Assembly (NCBI GenBank): GCA_038329965.1 | Contig: JBBQNN010000002.1 | Span: 55,195 to 119,194 of the forward strand | Source: Mycobacteriales bacterium | GTDB lineage: Bacteria > Actinomycetota > Actinomycetes > Mycobacteriales > QHCA01 | Reading direction: 5' to 3' | DNA: 64,000 nucleotides | Shown here: positions 24,743 to 33,639 of the stretch, piece by piece | Position numbering within the stretch: position 1 is the first letter of the stretch | How the letters are laid out: every line of letters starts with the position of its first letter | Program-made: the position numbers and the translations under genes | Notes under the pieces: generated by a model | The model's database searches: none | Told to the model about the DNA's origin: nothing | What the model saw: the letters and a program-made list of their open reading frames with translations, nothing else

Positions 24743-25072
24743 GTGTCTTTGCCGCCACTGAGTCCCGAACAGCGAGCCGCTGCCCTGCAGAAGGCTGCCG
24801 CCGCGCGCAAGGAGCGCTCCGAGCTCAAGGAGCGACTCAAGCGCGGCGACCTGACCCTGGCCGAGGTGATCGACGCCGGCGAGTCCAGCGAGGTCGTCGC
24901 CAAGACCCGGGTGTCGGCCGTGCTCGAGTCCCTGCCCGGCATCGGCAAGGTCCGCGCGGAGAAGCTGATGCGAGAGCTGAACATCTCCGAGAGCAGGCGG
25001 GTGCGCGGCTTGGGTGACAACCAGCGCCGCGCGTTGCTGGCGGAGTTGGATCCGGGCCAGGGTGCCCGCTGA
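24743..25072 (+). CDS. mihF: Integration host factor mIHF (actinobacterial nucleoid-associated protein)
   Basis: PLSPEQRAAALQKAAAARKERSELKERLKRG....VSAVLESLPGIGKVRAEKLM...RRVRGLG..QRRALL matches remembered Mycobacterium mIHF. GTG 24743 was chosen, and TTG 24749 is also possible. The ORF is open from 24551. Confidence 0.85.
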   Translation: MSLPPLSPEQRAAALQKAAAARKERSELKERLKRGDLTLAEVIDAGESSEVVAKTRVSAVLESLPGIGKVRAEKLMRELNISESRRVRGLGDNQRRALLAELDPGQGAR

Positions 25073-25090
25073 TCTGCCGCCGGTCTCCGG

Positions 25091-25732
25091 GTGACCGGCG
25101 GGCCTCCGTCGAGTGAGCATCGAGCGCGGCGAGATGACAGCTCGCCCGGGTCGCCGGCGTCGCCGTCGATCCGCGCCAGCCAGCTCACCGTGCTCTCCGG
25201 GCCGTCAGGGGTCGGCAAGGGCAGCGTCGTCGCCGCGTTGCGGCGGCTGCACCCGCAGGCCTGGGTGTCGGTGTCGGTGACCACCAGGGCGCCGCGGCGC
25301 GGCGAGGTCGACGGGGTCGAGTACCACTTCATCGGCCGGGTCGAGTACGACCGGATGATCACCGCCGACGAACTGCTCGAGCATGCGGAGTTCGCCGGCA
25401 ACGGCTACGGAACCCCGTGGCAGCCGCTGCGGGAGCGGCTGGCGGCCGGCCGGCCCGCGCTGCTGGAGATCGAGCTGCAGGGTGCCCGGCAGGTCCGGGC
25501 CGCGCTGCCGGCCGCCCAGCTCGTCTTCCTCGCCCCGCCCTCGTGGGAGGAGCTGGTCCGGCGGCTGGTCGGCCGGGACACCGAGGACGCGGCCACGATC
25601 CAGCATCGCCTGGACACCGCGGTCACCGAGCTGGCGGCCGAGCCGGAGTTCGACGTGGTGGTCGTCAACGGCGACGTCGAGCGCGCGGCCGATGAGTTGG
25701 TAGGATTGATGCAATCCCCCGACGGAAGCTGA
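25091..25732 (+). CDS. gmk: Guanylate kinase
   Basis: [13 protein letters not shown]-loop and [17 protein letters not shown]. The only canonical in-frame start upstream of the P-loop is GTG 25091, which gives a ~30-aa N-terminal extension. Confidence 0.92.
   Translation: MTGGPPSSEHRARRDDSSPGSPASPSIRASQLTVLSGPSGVGKGSVVAALRRLHPQAWVSVSVTTRAPRRGEVDGVEYHFIGRVEYDRMITADELLEHAEFAGNGYGTPWQPLRERLAAGRPALLEIELQGARQVRAALPAAQLVFLAPPSWEELVRRLVGRDTEDAATIQHRLDTAVTELAAEPEFDVVVVNGDVERAADELVGLMQSPDGS
25109..25138 (+). repeat. GA-rich dispersed repeat, 30-nt variant (copy A)
   Basis: TCGAGTGAGCATCGAGCGCGGCGAGATGAC. It aligns with copies at 37042, 48634 and 48682. Confidence 0.85.
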
Positions 25733-26005
25733 GTGCTGACCTTGTCCGGAACCATCGCCGCCCCCGAGGGCATCACCAACCCGCCGATCGACGAGCTCCT
25801 CGAGCGCACCACCTCGAAGTACGCCCTGGTCATCTACGCGGCCAAGCGGGCGCGGCAGATCAACGCCTACTACAGCCAGCTCGGCGAGGGCCTGCTGGAG
25901 TACGTCGGGCCCCTGGTGGAGACCAGCGCGCAGGAGAAGCCACTGTCCATCGCGTTGCGCGAGATCAACGAGGACCTGCTGACCCACGAGCAGGTCGAGG
26001 GCTGA
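25733..26005 (+). CDS. rpoZ: DNA-directed RNA polymerase subunit omega
   Basis: [31 protein letters not shown]. Starts right after the gmk stop. Confidence 0.93.
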   Translation: MLTLSGTIAAPEGITNPPIDELLERTTSKYALVIYAAKRARQINAYYSQLGEGLLEYVGPLVETSAQEKPLSIALREINEDLLTHEQVEG

Positions 26006-26016
26006 CCAGCGCTCCC

Positions 26017-27249
26017 GTGACCCGGCCCCGGGTCGTCCTCGGCGTCGCCGGTGGCATCGCCGCTTACAAGTCCGTCGAGTTGCTTCGCCTGCTGACCGAA
26101 TCCGGCCATGACGTCCGGGTCGTGCCGACGGCTGCCGCGCTGCAGTTCGTGGGTACGGCGACCTGGGCCGCCCTGTCGGGTCAGCCGGTGCGCGCCGGCC
26201 TGTGGGACGACGCACACCAGGTCCCGCACGTGGCAATCGGTCGCGAGGCCGACCTGCTCGTCGTCGCCCCGGCCACCGCCGACCTGCTGGCCCGGGCCGC
26301 CCACGGGCTGGCCGACGACCTGCTCACGGCGACCCTGCTCACGGCGCGCTGCCCGGTCGTCTTCGTGCCGGCCATGCACACCGAGATGTGGGAGCACCCG
26401 GCCACCCGGGCCAACGTCGTGACGCTGCGGGATCGAGGCGCGATCGTGCTGGAGCCGGCGTCCGGCCGGCTGACCGGGGCCGACAGCGGCAAGGGCCGGC
26501 TGCCCGAGCCGGCCGAGATCTTCGCCGTTTGCCGGCAGGTGCTCAGCGGCGGCGCCCGGGGCCTCGACCTAGCCGGCCGGCGGGTCGTGATCAGCGCAGG
26601 CGGCACGCGTGAGGCGCTCGACCCGGTGCGCTTCATCGGCAACCGGTCCTCCGGCCGCCAGGGTTACGCGTTGGCCGCCACGGCGGTCGCCCGCGGTGCG
26701 GAGGTCACCCTTGTGGCCGCCAACGTGGCCCTGGCCGACCCGGCCGGCGCCAAGGTCGTGCCGGTGACCTCCGCCGCCGACCTGCACGAGGCCATGCTGG
26801 CCGCCGCGGTCGGCGCCGACGCCGTCGTGATGGCTGCGGCCGTCGCCGACTTCCGGCCAGAGCACTACACACCGGCCAAGATCAAGAAGGCCGCCACGGC
26901 CGGCCCGGCCCCGATCGACCTGGTCCGCACCGCCGACGTGCTCCTCGACCTCGTCGGCCGCCGTACCCCCGGTCAGGTCGTCGTCGGCTTCGCCGCCGAG
27001 ACCGGTGACGCAACAGGCGACGTCCTCGAGCACGGGCGGGCCAAGCTGGCCGCCAAGGGCTGCGACCTGCTCGTGGTCAACGAGGTGGGCTCGGCCCTCG
27101 GGTTCGAGTCCGCCGAGAACGCGGCCGTCGTCCTGGGTGCCGACGGTGCCATGACGGAGGTGCCGCACGGCGCCAAGGAAGCCCTCGCCGATGTCGTCTG
27201 GGACCTCGTCGTCCCGCGACTTGCTCCCGAACCGCCCGGTCACCGGTAG
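26017..27249 (+). CDS. coaBC: Bifunctional phosphopantothenoylcysteine decarboxylase / phosphopantothenate-cysteine ligase
   Basis: N-terminal flavoprotein domain [10 protein letters not shown], and CoaB domain [22 protein letters not shown]. Confidence 0.95.
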   Translation: MTRPRVVLGVAGGIAAYKSVELLRLLTESGHDVRVVPTAAALQFVGTATWAALSGQPVRAGLWDDAHQVPHVAIGREADLLVVAPATADLLARAAHGLADDLLTATLLTARCPVVFVPAMHTEMWEHPATRANVVTLRDRGAIVLEPASGRLTGADSGKGRLPEPAEIFAVCRQVLSGGARGLDLAGRRVVISAGGTREALDPVRFIGNRSSGRQGYALAATAVARGAEVTLVAANVALADPAGAKVVPVTSAADLHEAMLAAAVGADAVVMAAAVADFRPEHYTPAKIKKAATAGPAPIDLVRTADVLLDLVGRRTPGQVVVGFAAETGDATGDVLEHGRAKLAAKGCDLLVVNEVGSALGFESAENAAVVLGADGAMTEVPHGAKEALADVVWDLVVPRLAPEPPGHR

Positions 27250-27302
27250 ACTGCCGCGACCAACCAGACCTGACCGACATCGCTCATCACCCAGGGAGAC
27301 CC

Positions 27303-28496
27303 GTGTCCCGACGCCTGTTCACCTCCGAATCCGTCACCGAGGGGCACCCGGACAAGATCGCCGACGCCATCAGCGACTCGATCCTGGACGCGCTCCTCAC
27401 CGACGACCCACAGAGCCGGGTGGCCGTCGAGACCCTGATCACGACGGGACAGGTGCACGTGGCCGGCGAGGTCACGACCGACACCTACGCCGACATCCCC
27501 GAGATCGTCCGCCGCAAGATCCTGGAGATCGGCTACGACTCCTCGGCCAAGGGCTTCGACGGGCGCTCCTGCGGGGTCAACGTCTCGATCGGGTCGCAGT
27601 CCTCCGACATCGCCCAGGGTGTCGACGCCGCCTACGAGGCGCGTACCGGCCAGAGCGTCGAGGACTCACTCGACCGGCAGGGTGCCGGTGACCAGGGGCT
27701 GATGTTCGGCTACGCCTGCAGTGACACCCCCGAGCTGATGCCGCTGCCGATCGCGCTGGCGCACCGGCTCGCCCGGCGGCTCACCGAGGTGCGCAAGCAG
27801 GGCACCGTGCCCTACCTGCGGCCCGACGGCAAGACGCAGGTCACGATCGAGTACGACGGCGACAAGCCGATCCGGCTCGACACGGTCGTGGTCTCCACCC
27901 AGCACGCCTCCGACATCGACCTCGAGACACTGCTGGCCCCCGACATCCGCGAGCACGTGGTCGCCCCCGAGTTGGCGAGCATCGGCCTGGACACCGCCGA
28001 CTACCGCGTGCTGGTCAACCCGACCGGGCGGTTCGAGATCGGCGGCCCGATGGGCGACGCCGGCCTCACCGGCCGCAAGATCATCGTCGACACCTACGGC
28101 GGAATGGCCCGGCACGGCGGGGGAGCGTTCTCCGGCAAGGATCCGTCCAAGGTCGACCGCTCCGGTGCCTATGCGATGCGCTGGGTCGCCAAGAACGTCG
28201 TGGCGGCCGGCCTGGCCAGCCGGTGCGAGGTGCAGATCGCCTACGCGATCGGCAAGGCGCACCCGGTCGGGCTGTTCGTCGAGACCTTCGGCACCGAGAC
28301 GGTCGACGTGATGGCCATCCAGGACGCGGTCATCAAAGTGTTCGACATGCGCCCGGCCGCCATCATCCGCGATCTCGACCTGCTCCGGCCGATCTACTCC
28401 CAGACGTCTGCCTACGGTCACTTCGGCCGGGAACTGCCCGACTTCACCTGGGAGCGCACCGACCGGGCCGAGGCCCTCAAGAGCGCCGTCGCCTGA
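27303..28496 (+). CDS. metK: S-adenosylmethionine synthetase
   Basis: [32 protein letters not shown] and [16 protein letters not shown]. Confidence 0.98.
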   Translation: MSRRLFTSESVTEGHPDKIADAISDSILDALLTDDPQSRVAVETLITTGQVHVAGEVTTDTYADIPEIVRRKILEIGYDSSAKGFDGRSCGVNVSIGSQSSDIAQGVDAAYEARTGQSVEDSLDRQGAGDQGLMFGYACSDTPELMPLPIALAHRLARRLTEVRKQGTVPYLRPDGKTQVTIEYDGDKPIRLDTVVVSTQHASDIDLETLLAPDIREHVVAPELASIGLDTADYRVLVNPTGRFEIGGPMGDAGLTGRKIIVDTYGGMARHGGGAFSGKDPSKVDRSGAYAMRWVAKNVVAAGLASRCEVQIAYAIGKAHPVGLFVETFGTETVDVMAIQDAVIKVFDMRPAAIIRDLDLLRPIYSQTSAYGHFGRELPDFTWERTDRAEALKSAVA

Positions 28497-28587
28497 TTGT
28501 CACCTCGTAACGCGGCGCAGGCCCGCTGCAGCGCGACCGTTGCGTGCCAAACAGCTCCCCGCACGCCGGTCAGGGTCCTGTCCTGGT

Positions 28588-29535
28588 TCACATGGTGAGG
28601 ACGATCTTGCCGGTCGTGTGGTTGCCCTCTGCCAGTTCGTGTGCCTTCGCCGCCTTCGCCAGCGGGAACGTTTCGGCGATCAGGGGCCGTAGCCTGCCGC
28701 CGTCGACCAGCGCAGCGACGTGTTCCAGCACGGCGTGGTCGGGCGCCACGTCGACGGTGACCCCGCGTGCCCCGACCGCGGCGGCCTTGGCCGCGATCCG
28801 TTCGACGTCGAGGGGGTTCGTCACCCCGATGAGGAGACCTCCCGGACGCAGCGTGGACAGGGAACGGTCCTCGTAGTCACCGCCGACGAGGTCCAGTACG
28901 ACGTCCACGTCATGGGCGACGTCGGCGAAGTCCTGCACCCTGTAGTCGATGAGTTCGTCTGCGCCGAGTCCTCTCAAAGTCTCGTGCTTTGCGGCGCTGG
29001 CGGTCCCGATGACGTATGCACCGTGGGCCTTGGCGATCTGGACGGCCAGGTGCCCGACACCACCGGCGGAAGCATGGATGAGTACCCGCTGGCCGGGGCG
29101 GACCTTTGCGGTCTCTACCAGCGCCTGCCAGGCGAGAAGTGTGGCCATCGGCAGGGCCGCCGCCGATACGTGATCCAGGGTCTTGGGCTTCGACGCGAAG
29201 TGGCGTGCGGGCCCGGCGACGTACTCGGCGTAGCCGCCGGCGAGGGCGGGGAAGCCCGGCAGTCCGTAGACCTCGTCGCCGACGGCGAACCTGTTCTCCC
29301 CGGGTGCGGCCGCGACCACCACTCCGGAGACGTCCCAGCCGAGGGTGAAGGGTGGAGTGAGCCACAATCCGTGCTGGCGGATCTTCCAGTCGATCGCGTT
29401 GACGCCTGCGGCACGTACTTCGACGAGTATCCCGTTGGTTGTCGGTGTGGGTCGATCGGCCTCGATCAGATGCAAGACTTCCGGCCCGCCGAGGATGTCC
29501 TGCGTGACCGCACGCATGGTTGTTGTCATGTGCAC
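28588..29535 (-). CDS. Zinc-independent MDR-family NADPH:quinone oxidoreductase-like protein
   Basis: Medium-chain dehydrogenase layout, with GQRVLIHASAGGVGHLAVQIAK nucleotide-binding motif and C-terminal TGKIVL. Confidence 0.85.
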   Translation of the reverse strand: MHMTTTMRAVTQDILGGPEVLHLIEADRPTPTTNGILVEVRAAGVNAIDWKIRQHGLWLTPPFTLGWDVSGVVVAAAPGENRFAVGDEVYGLPGFPALAGGYAEYVAGPARHFASKPKTLDHVSAAALPMATLLAWQALVETAKVRPGQRVLIHASAGGVGHLAVQIAKAHGAYVIGTASAAKHETLRGLGADELIDYRVQDFADVAHDVDVVLDLVGGDYEDRSLSTLRPGGLLIGVTNPLDVERIAAKAAAVGARGVTVDVAPDHAVLEHVAALVDGGRLRPLIAETFPLAKAAKAHELAEGNHTTGKIVLTM

Positions 29536-29576
29536 AACGTCCCACCGCCGGTATCCGTTGTGAAGAAGGCACCCGT

Positions 29577-30002
29577 ATGGTACTCAGGTACCTGATGCAT
29601 ACCCCAAACGATCTGCGGCCCTACGGCGGCGCCGACGCCTACCTGCGCGACTGCGCCTCTCGCGCCGTGCTCGGCGTCATCGCCAACAAGTGGGTCTGCC
29701 TGGTCACCGGCGCGCTGCGGCCCGGCACCCTGCGCTTTGCCGAGCTGCGCCGACGCCTCGACGGCATCACCCAGAAAATGCTCACCCAGACCCTGCGCGA
29801 CCTCGAACGCAACGGGCTGGTCGACCGCGCGGTCTACCCCAGCGTCCCACCGCGGGTGGAATACAGCCTCACCGAACTCGGCCAGAGCATCGCAGGATTG
29901 ATGGACGCGATCCGGATCTGGTCCGAGGAGCACATCGACGACATCCAAACAGCCCAGGGACGCTACGCCGAACGCGCCGCTCGTGACCTGGAACCCATCT
30001 GA
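29577..30002 (+). CDS. HxlR-family winged-helix transcriptional regulator
   Basis: RFAELRRRLDGITQKMLTQTLRDLERNGLVDRAVYPSVPPRVEYSLTELG. Divergent from the quinone oxidoreductase, which is a classic pairing. Confidence 0.88.
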   Translation: MVLRYLMHTPNDLRPYGGADAYLRDCASRAVLGVIANKWVCLVTGALRPGTLRFAELRRRLDGITQKMLTQTLRDLERNGLVDRAVYPSVPPRVEYSLTELGQSIAGLMDAIRIWSEEHIDDIQTAQGRYAERAARDLEPI

Positions 30003-30027
30003 CCCGACGGGTTTGCCCGCCGCGCCA

Positions 30028-30846
30028 TCACCCGGCGAATTGGTCGCCGATCGGCCAGCACACCTCCGTGTGGTGGGTCAGCAGGTCGTCCTCGTCGCCG
30101 AGCGGAAGGTAACGCTCGCGGATCGGGCCGTCGGCGCCGACCGCGCGCTGGGCCACCCACGAGCCGAGCGCGCCGTAGGTACGGTCGAGGTCGCCGAATG
30201 GTCCGGTGTGCAGCGTGACGGCGAGTTCTGCCGCCGGCACGTCGTAGTCGACGACCCGTCCGCGACGAGCCGGCGGGCCGGTTACGGGGACGAACGCGAC
30301 GAGCTCGGCGTCGTCGAGTTCGAAGTACTCGTTGGGGAACAATGTCCCGTCCGGTCCGGTCCGCTGTGCGCCGGTGGATCGCACCGCGGCGTGCAACTCG
30401 GTGAACGCGGTCATCCACCAGGCGACGGCGTCGGTGGTCGCGACCCGTTCGACGATGGCCAGCGACGGTGTTGCCGGCTCGCTGCGTTGCCGCACCTGCA
30501 GGGCAGTACCGCTGCCCTGCAGCAATCCCCGGAGCGACGCGACGGTCTGCTGGGTATCACCCAGCTGCTTCTCCATCCGCTGCAGATGTGCGGTGATCGC
30601 CTGGTTGCGGCTGTCGAGGTCGGGGGCACGCAAGATCGTGCGGACGTCTTCGATCGGCATTCCCAGATCGCGGAACCGGCGGATCGCCTGCGCGGTACCG
30701 ACCTGGTTCGTCTCGTACGACCGGTAGCCGGTGGACGGGTCGACGCTGGCCGGCTCGAGCAGGCCGACATCGTGGTAGTGCCGAAGCGCTTTGATGCTGA
30801 GGTAAGTCATGCGGGAGAAGTCGCCGATAGACAATGACGCGGCCAT
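30028..30846 (-). CDS. MerR-family transcriptional regulator with GyrI-like effector-binding domain
   Basis: LSIGDFSRMTYLSIKALRHYHDVGLLEP HTH and a coiled-coil linker. The C-terminal domain is of BmrR/GyrI type. ATG 30846 was chosen (ORF open to 30861). Confidence 0.88.
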   Translation of the reverse strand: MAASLSIGDFSRMTYLSIKALRHYHDVGLLEPASVDPSTGYRSYETNQVGTAQAIRRFRDLGMPIEDVRTILRAPDLDSRNQAITAHLQRMEKQLGDTQQTVASLRGLLQGSGTALQVRQRSEPATPSLAIVERVATTDAVAWWMTAFTELHAAVRSTGAQRTGPDGTLFPNEYFELDDAELVAFVPVTGPPARRGRVVDYDVPAAELAVTLHTGPFGDLDRTYGALGSWVAQRAVGADGPIRERYLPLGDEDDLLTHHTEVCWPIGDQFAG

Positions 30847-30861
30847 CTCCCCACCTTGCAC

Positions 30862-30910
30862 CCTCCTGTTACCGGAGACTCAACCGGCTTGACTCTCCGG
30901 TAACAGGAGG
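30862..30910. promoter_or_regulatory. 49-bp near-perfect palindrome: back-to-back MerR-type promoters/operators for merR-like gene and MFS pump
   Basis: CCTCCTGTTACCGGAGA...TCTCCGGTAACAGGAGG, with 17-bp perfect arms centred on 30886. Each arm carries a -35-like TTGACT/TTGAGT followed by the imperfect dyad CTCCGGTAACAGGAG. Each end of the palindrome lies 15 nt from the flanking start codon. Confidence 0.7.
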
Positions 30911-30925
30911 CGGCACAACAGGTGC

Positions 30926-32368
30926 ATGAACACTGCGACCACATCTCCAACCGCTACAGCCACGCTGTCCCGGACCCGGCGATCGCCCCTGCCGGTGCTG
31001 CTGGCCGGGATCTTTCTGATCGTCCTCGACTTCTTCGTCGTCAACGTCGCGCTGGCTTCGATTCAGGCCGACCTGCGGGCGAGCGACACCGCGGTCGAAT
31101 GGATCGTCGCCGGTTACGGCCTGACGTTCGCGGTGCCGTTGCTCGGCGCCGGCCGGCTCGGGGACCGCTTTGGGCGCCGACGCGTCTTCACGGTGGGCAT
31201 CGGCGCGTTCACGCTGTCCTCGGCAGTCTGCGGATTCGCGACGAACGCGACGATGCTCGTCGCCGCCCGGCTGGTCCAGGGCGCCGCCGCGGCACTGGTC
31301 AGCGCCACCGTACTGGCGCTCATCGGCGTGATCTACACCGGCGCGGCGCAGGCCCGAGCGATCAGCCTCTACGCGACGACCATGGGTGTGGCAGCGGCCA
31401 GTGCTCAGCTGATCGGCGGTGTCCTCGTCAGCGCCGACGTCGCCGGTCTCGGTTGGCGGTCGGTGTTCCTGATCAACGTGCCGATCGGGCTGTCGGCCCT
31501 GCTGCTGACCCCTCGGCTGATCCCCGAATCACGCGCTGACCGTCCGGGCCGCACGGACGTAGTCGGGTTGCTGCTGGTCAGCGTGGGACTGACCGCGCTC
31601 GTCCTGCCACTCCTGGAAGGAAGGCAACAGGGCTGGCCGCCCTGGACCTGGCTGGCCCTCGCCGCCGTGCCGGCGCTGCTCGGCGGATTCCTGCTGCGGC
31701 AGCGGTCGCTCGCCGGTCGTGGACAGCAGCCCCTGCTCGACCCACGGCTGTTTCGGTCCCGCAGTTTCAGCGCCGGGCTCGCCGCGCAACTGGCCCTGTG
31801 GTGCGGGCAGGCGTCGTACTTCGTCGTGCTGGCGCTGTACCTGCAACAGGGCCGCGGCTTGAGCCCACTTCGCGCCGGGCTGGTTTTCACGATCCTGGCC
31901 GGCGCGTACCTGATCGCGTCAGCAAAGTCCCCAACACTCGCCGCGCGGTTCGGCCGGCTCACCGTCACCGGCGGTGCCCTGATACTCGCCGCCGGGCATC
32001 TCGCACTGCTGCTCGCCACGATCACGGACGGGGTCGGTGGATCAGTGTTCGCACTGGCGCCGGGTCTGGCACTCACCGGAGCCGGGATGGGCCTGTGCAT
32101 CCCGGCCCTGACCGGCATCGTGCTCGGCAACGCCGATCCGCAGCAGTCCGGCGCCGTGTCCGGTGCGCTCACGACGGTGCAGCAGGTCGGCAACGCGGTC
32201 GGCGTCGCCGTCATCGGCCTGATCTTCTTCCCCGCGCTCAGCAGCGGGTACGACCGCGCGTTCGAGCTGAGCGTGGCGGCGCTCGCCACCCTGCTCATCG
32301 TCCTCGCCGTACTGACCGTCGCTCTCCCCAGCAACCGCAACGGAGAAAGCCACGCCGTGGGAGCATGA
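30926..32368 (+). CDS. MFS transporter, DHA2 (EmrB/QacA-like, 14-TMS) drug:H+ antiporter family
   Basis: 480 aa and many TM segments. Motif A-like GRLGDRFGRRRVF. Divergent from the MerR regulator. Confidence 0.88.
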   Translation: MNTATTSPTATATLSRTRRSPLPVLLAGIFLIVLDFFVVNVALASIQADLRASDTAVEWIVAGYGLTFAVPLLGAGRLGDRFGRRRVFTVGIGAFTLSSAVCGFATNATMLVAARLVQGAAAALVSATVLALIGVIYTGAAQARAISLYATTMGVAAASAQLIGGVLVSADVAGLGWRSVFLINVPIGLSALLLTPRLIPESRADRPGRTDVVGLLLVSVGLTALVLPLLEGRQQGWPPWTWLALAAVPALLGGFLLRQRSLAGRGQQPLLDPRLFRSRSFSAGLAAQLALWCGQASYFVVLALYLQQGRGLSPLRAGLVFTILAGAYLIASAKSPTLAARFGRLTVTGGALILAAGHLALLLATITDGVGGSVFALAPGLALTGAGMGLCIPALTGIVLGNADPQQSGAVSGALTTVQQVGNAVGVAVIGLIFFPALSSGYDRAFELSVAALATLLIVLAVLTVALPSNRNGESHAVGA

Positions 32369-32394
32369 ACCGCGATTCGACGCCCGTCGTACGG

Positions 32395-32865
32395 TCAGAT
32401 GTCGTCCGGACCCGTCTCGCTGACGAGTCCGTCCCATGACCATTGCGGGATGCGCAATCCGCCCGGAACATCATCTGCGGACCGGTGGTATCGGGACATC
32501 GTGGTGGTGGTCGCCCACGCGAAATAGTCGTGCAACACCTGTCCGAGCCGGTCGCCTCCGACGAGGCCGACATCGGCCAGCGCCTGGTCGAAGCAGGCGA
32601 TCGCTCGACGGTCCATCTCCTCGTGCGGGCCGTTGCCGCTGTGCATCCGTACCAATGACGTCTCGTCGCCGTAGGAGTCCGTATAAGTCGTCGGGCCACC
32701 GAGTGCCTCCGCCCAATAGGCGGCGAGCCGCTGGCTGTGGTCGGGACGGAATCCGTGGCTGAACGCGTGGGCGACGACCTCGTCGGCCAGCACCCTGGCG
32801 TGCCATGCGCCGGCCAGGCGCAGCACGCCGTCGGCACCACCGGCGGCCTCGTATACCGTCTGCAT
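32395..32865 (-). CDS. Truncated haemoglobin-like (group II/YjbI-like globin) protein
   Basis: MQTVYEAAGG....F..H. start, typical of 2-on-2 globins, and 156 aa. The longer ORF upstream of ATG 32865 is Arg/Gly-rich and non-homologous. Confidence 0.7.
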   Translation of the reverse strand: MQTVYEAAGGADGVLRLAGAWHARVLADEVVAHAFSHGFRPDHSQRLAAYWAEALGGPTTYTDSYGDETSLVRMHSGNGPHEEMDRRAIACFDQALADVGLVGGDRLGQVLHDYFAWATTTTMSRYHRSADDVPGGLRIPQWSWDGLVSETGPDDI

Positions 32866-33009
32866 GTTGCCACGATGGCACGCCGCGCCGCGTAGGCGCC
32901 AACCCCGTGCGGTTCGGCTACCGCGGGCCCCGGCCCAGCTACCGTTGACAAGTAACGGGCGGCGCACACCGGCGACCGGCCGTAGTCGAGGCGAGGGCGG
33001 GGTCCAGTC

Positions 33010-33501
33010 ATGGCACGGATGCACCGGTACGAGTCGCACCTGGTGTGGCAGGGGTCGACCGGCGTCGGCTATGCCGGCTATCCGAGGGAGCACCGGGTGC
33101 TCACCCCGCCGTCCGGCACCGAGCTGCGGCTCAGCGCCGACCCGGCCTTCCGCGGTGACCCCGCCCTGCCGAACCCCGAACAGCTCCTGCTCGCCGCCGC
33201 CAGCTCGTGCCAGCTGCTGTCGTTCCTGGCCCTGGCGGCGCTGGCCGGCGTCGACGTGGTGGCGTACGAGGACGACGCGGAGGCGGTCATGCCCGAGGAC
33301 CAGACCCCGGTGCGCATCACCCGGATCGTCCTGCGACCGCAGATCGTCGTCGCCGCGGGGGTGGACATCGACCAGGTGCGGCAGCTGGTCTCGCAGGCGC
33401 ACGATACCTGCTACGTCGCCAACACCCTCAACGCCGAGGTGGTGATCGAGCCCGCGATCGAGCACGCCGCGCACATCCCCGCCGGCACCGTGCGCTCGTG
33501 A
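33010..33501 (+). CDS. OsmC/Ohr-family peroxiredoxin-like protein
   Basis: PNPEQLLLAAASSCQLLSFL and AHDTCYVANT supply the two conserved Cys contexts of OsmC. Confidence 0.85.
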   Translation: MARMHRYESHLVWQGSTGVGYAGYPREHRVLTPPSGTELRLSADPAFRGDPALPNPEQLLLAAASSCQLLSFLALAALAGVDVVAYEDDAEAVMPEDQTPVRITRIVLRPQIVVAAGVDIDQVRQLVSQAHDTCYVANTLNAEVVIEPAIEHAAHIPAGTVRS

Positions 33502-33508
33502 AGGACCC

Positions 33509-33531
33509 GGCGATCGAGCTGGCCGATCGCC
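33509..33531 (+). terminator. Candidate hairpin downstream of OsmC-like gene
   Basis: GGCGATCG-agctggc-CGATCGCC (8-bp stem), 8 nt after the stop. No U-tract follows. Confidence 0.25.
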
Positions 33532-33639
33532 CCGGCGCGCCGGCCGTCCTGCTCCAGCGGCTCCGGCAGGATGTTCCGGGCCAGCGGATCAGCGCCGCGT
33601 GGACGGCGGCAGCCTCGTCTCCGGAGGACCGGGCGGCTC

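Noticed and set aside
28497-28587. Possible intrinsic terminator between the convergent metK and quinone oxidoreductase genes.
   Set aside because: I found only short, bulged GC stems (for example GCGCAG..CTGCAGC) with no U-tract. It cannot be distinguished from background in DNA this GC-rich.
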